Below, piece by piece: positions 61,223-64,000 of a DNA stretch of 64,000 bases (its first letter is position 1; each line of letters opens with the position of its first letter). The position numbers were made by a program, and so were the translations under genes. The DNA is taken from the sequence record SRR31156797_1402, one strand, 5' to 3'. The notes beneath the pieces were generated by a model, which did not search any database, had not been told where the DNA came from, and was given only the letters and a program-made list of their open reading frames with translations.

Positions 61223-62125
61223 TTACTTTTTCGCCATAGGGTGGGAGCTATCATAGACACGCAACAGCTCTGTAAGGTTAAGATGTGTATATTTCTGAGT
61301 TGTGGTGAGCGACTCGTGCCCAAGCAGGGTTTGAATAGTACGCAGGTCAGCGCCGCCTTCGAGAAGGTGCGTAGCGTATGAATGCCTGAATGAGTGCGGA
61401 GAGAAGTCCATAGGCAGTCCGGCTATTTTCAGATACTTTTCAACTATCCTGCGGACAGACCGATCGGTAAGCCTTGAGCCAAACTTATTGATAAATATAA
61501 CTTCGTTATCAGCCAGATATCCAGTGCATATATCCACTTTAACGTCTAAATAATCATTTAGCAGACTCATATGCATATCAGCTATAGGGACAATCCGCTC
61601 CTTCTTACCTTTACCCCGTACAAGGATGCGCATCCCGCCGAAATCTACATCGGATAAATTTAATCCTACAAGCTCGCTAACACGAACTCCGGTTCCGTAC
61701 ATTAACTCTAACAAAAGTGCATCACGCATCCCCGCTGCTGTACTCTTATCAGGTGCATCTAGTAGTGCTATGATGCTGTCTATGTTGAAAACTTTAAATG
61801 CCTTCTCTTCCTTTTTAGGAAATTTAAGCATCCTGGCTGGATTGTCGTCCATATGATTACGCTTTTGCATGAAAGCAAAGAAAGATTTCAGGCAGGCTAT
61901 CTTCCGCTCTATAGTTGATTTTGCCAGCCCTTTTTCATAAAGCATAGCCACAAAACCACGAAGCATAAAAAAGTCCGCACCGGAAATATCGTCGATGGCT
62001 GACTCTTCGAGGTAAGTACAAAGATCAGCAAGATCACGTGAATAATTCTTCAAAGTGTGTTCTGATGCGCCCTTCTCCTCCTGCATAAATTTTAAGTATG
62101 TTGTAACCGCTTTATCTATCTGCAT
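61223..62125 (-). CDS. xerC: tyrosine recombinase XerC
   Basis: YGTGVRVSE, GKGKKER, SPHSFRHSYATHLLEGGADLR, LLGHESLTTTQKY; near trmFO. Confidence 0.9.
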   Translation of the reverse strand: MQIDKAVTTYLKFMQEEKGASEHTLKNYSRDLADLCTYLEESAIDDISGADFFMLRGFVAMLYEKGLAKSTIERKIACLKSFFAFMQKRNHMDDNPARMLKFPKKEEKAFKVFNIDSIIALLDAPDKSTAAGMRDALLLELMYGTGVRVSELVGLNLSDVDFGGMRILVRGKGKKERIVPIADMHMSLLNDYLDVKVDICTGYLADNEVIFINKFGSRLTDRSVRRIVEKYLKIAGLPMDFSPHSFRHSYATHLLEGGADLRTIQTLLGHESLTTTQKYTHLNLTELLRVYDSSHPMAKK

Positions 62126-62131
62126 AAATGT

Positions 62132-62160
62132 ATTATCGGACGTTTTGCAGATTTATTCAA
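62132..62160 (-). promoter_or_regulatory. putative sigma70 promoter, leaderless xerC
   Basis: TTGAAT-N17-GATAAT, 6 nt to ATG, no SD. Confidence 0.55.
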
Positions 62161-62202
62161 TCTAGGTGTTCCAAAAATTAATATTTGTGACATAATATCT
62201 CA

Positions 62203-62655
62203 ATGAAAAAAATATTAATCAGCGCATGCCTTATGGGCGAAAAAGTAAGATATAACGCTGAAATTATAGAAGTTGCGGACAACATAAAGGCTCTAGCAGA
62301 AGAGTATGAAATCATCCCAGTGTGCCCTGAGGTTTTAGGCGGGCTTGATGTCCCACGTGAACCTTGCGAAATCAAGGGGATGAGCGGTTCAGATGCCATC
62401 GACGGAGATACATGGGTCGCAGATGCGAAAGGTAATGACGTCACAGGTAATTTTGTAATCGGAGCTAAAAAGACCCTCCAGCTTGCCAGAGAGCACAGTG
62501 TTGAGTTTGCAGTTTTAAAAGAACGCAGCCCGTCATGCGGAAGCTCGGTAATATACACCGGCGAATTTGACGGTACAAAATCACCCGGCGAAGGTGTCGC
62601 TACGGCACTCTTACGCAGGCACGGAATAAAGGTAATAAGTGAAAAAGATATCTAA
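62203..62655 (+). CDS. DUF523 / TudS-like thiouracil desulfidase family Fe-S protein
   Basis: ISACLMG, VRY, VCPEVLGGL, PR, LKERSPSCG, GVATALL. Confidence 0.88.
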   Translation: MKKILISACLMGEKVRYNAEIIEVADNIKALAEEYEIIPVCPEVLGGLDVPREPCEIKGMSGSDAIDGDTWVADAKGNDVTGNFVIGAKKTLQLAREHSVEFAVLKERSPSCGSSVIYTGEFDGTKSPGEGVATALLRRHGIKVISEKDI

Positions 62656-63385
62656 ATATATATTAGTATTGTTGTCCCTTTGCCTTGTTGGATGGCACAT
62701 CAACAAGGTGGAATCAATACTTTCAAAATCAGCTCAGATATATGACGTGAGTGAACGTATCAGCTACATATCGTCAAGATTCCTCGACACTCCTTATCAG
62801 GCAGGAACCATGAAGGGCAACCCTGATGAAAAAGAAGAATTAGTTATAAAACTCAACGGTATGGACTGCTTCACATTTCTCGATTATGTCGAGGCATTAC
62901 GCTTATCTAAGGATGCTAACGAGTTTACTGCTAACCTTAAAAGAGTGAGATATTTTGGTAGTGAGGTGGCTTATAATAAACGTAAGCACTTCTTTACTGA
63001 TTGGGTTTCAGGCGAGAATAACAGTGTCAAAGATATCACACCTAACCTGCCCGGCTCAGTTACTGTTGAAAAATTTATAAATAGAAAATCATCAGATAAA
63101 AACTGGCTGAAAAACCTTCCTCAAAAGAAAAGAATGGTCACATACATGCCGGCAAAATTAGTCGATAAAGACGTTATTAAATTACTAAAATCTGGTGACT
63201 ACATAGGTATTTATACTGATAAGAACGGGCTCGATGTTATCCATACAGGAATTTTCATACGTGACGGTAAAAAAGAATTTTTCCGTAACACATCATCGAA
63301 AGTAATGAAGGTTACAGACTACTCATTCAAAGAATACATGGAAGATGTAAAAGGGATCATTGTCTTTCGTCCCAAGCAAGGTTAG
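62639..63385 (+). CDS. DUF1460 (NlpC/P60-fold N-acetylmuramoyl-L-alanine amidase-like) secreted protein
   Basis: FLDTPY, MDCFTFLDYVEA, RY, RKHFFTDW, SGDYIG, LDVIHTG; N-terminal hydrophobic segment. Confidence 0.85.
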   Translation: MKKISKYILVLLSLCLVGWHINKVESILSKSAQIYDVSERISYISSRFLDTPYQAGTMKGNPDEKEELVIKLNGMDCFTFLDYVEALRLSKDANEFTANLKRVRYFGSEVAYNKRKHFFTDWVSGENNSVKDITPNLPGSVTVEKFINRKSSDKNWLKNLPQKKRMVTYMPAKLVDKDVIKLLKSGDYIGIYTDKNGLDVIHTGIFIRDGKKEFFRNTSSKVMKVTDYSFKEYMEDVKGIIVFRPKQG

Positions 63386-63440
63386 CATCTATAGAGGTGG
63401 TCTGTTACTCAGGCTTGTGTTGCTAACCCAAGATATCTGA

Positions 63441-64000
63441 TCAGCCTTCCGGCTCGTCAGCCTCTAAAGTTACTCCGTAATGCTTCAATGCACGCTCAGC
63501 ATACATCCGCTTCTTAAGCTTTTTATCACGAATCTTCTTACCATGCCCGGGCAGCATACCAAAATGGAAATTAGATGGGACATATTCCTTCTTATTTTCA
63601 GCTACTTCACCCGAGATATGCCTTGCGAGTGCGCCTAGAGCAGTCTCTTCGTGGAAGCCTTCAAAATCTGGATTAACAAGTGAATAAGCCGCAAGCAGAC
63701 CTGATGCTGCTGATTCCAGATAACCTTCAACACCGGTGATCTGACCGGCGAAATATAGCTGTTCATCACCAACAACCTGAAATGTACGTTTTAAATTACC
63801 CGGTGAATGGATGTACGTATTTCGATGTATACTTCCATATCTTAGAAACTCAGCGTTCTCAAGCCCCGGAACAAGCCTGAAAACTCGCTTCTGCTCAGGA
63901 ATTTTCATCTTAGTTTGGCAGCCAACTAGGTTATAAGCTGTCCCCTCTTTATTCTCTTTCCTTAGCTGGATTACAGCGTAATATTTCTCTTCCGTTACCG
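63441..64000 (-). CDS. trmFO: 3' part of folate/FAD-dependent tRNA (uracil-54) methyltransferase, continues beyond window end
   Basis: Frame open to the window edge (YAVIQLRKEN...YNLVGCQTKM); AEFLRYGSIHRNTY, FAGQITGVEGYLESAASG, PSNFHFG. Confidence 0.93.
   Translation of the reverse strand, partial: VTEEKYYAVIQLRKENKEGTAYNLVGCQTKMKIPEQKRVFRLVPGLENAEFLRYGSIHRNTYIHSPGNLKRTFQVVGDEQLYFAGQITGVEGYLESAASGLLAAYSLVNPDFEGFHEETALGALARHISGEVAENKKEYVPSNFHFGMLPGHGKKIRDKKLKKRMYAERALKHYGVTLEADEPEG

Noticed and set aside
61223-62125. Phage or island integrase
   Set aside because: Size and motifs fit chromosomal XerC; near trmFO; no att/tRNA site or mobile cargo seen

Overview
A 64 kb gene-dense window of bacterial core chromosome, probably from an anaerobic Deferribacterales (Denitrovibrio-like) organism. 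That assignment is inferred from gene content and order only. Recognisable housekeeping genes are htpG, livKHMGF, the atpF'-F-H-A-G-D-C part of a split ATP synthase operon, PMM/PGM-ispG-crp, oligopeptidase A, metH, superoxide reductase, large NAD-glutamate dehydrogenase, cheX, alaS, pckA, beta-carbonic anhydrase, xerC and a partial trmFO. Signalling genes include two MCPs, a GGDEF protein, an orphan binding-protein plus histidine kinase pair, and an anti-sigma-like ATPase plus MBL hydrolase pair. I found no rRNA, tRNA, CRISPR array, transposase or prophage. Most worth following up: (1) an AT-rich dGTPase wedged between the htpG and liv terminators with no room for its own promoter, a candidate read-through-controlled antiphage gene; (2) an effector-less P-loop NTPase-TPR (STAND-like) protein co-transcribed with gdhB and an M16 peptidase; (3) at least three families of short palindromic intergenic repeats, some with tandem expansion; (4) several apparently leaderless genes; (5) an SdhE-like protein with an altered signature motif next to an RqcH/NFACT gene; (6) a sulfotransferase-like orphan with a possible sigma-28 promoter. 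All product calls come from reading motifs by eye; no database search was run.
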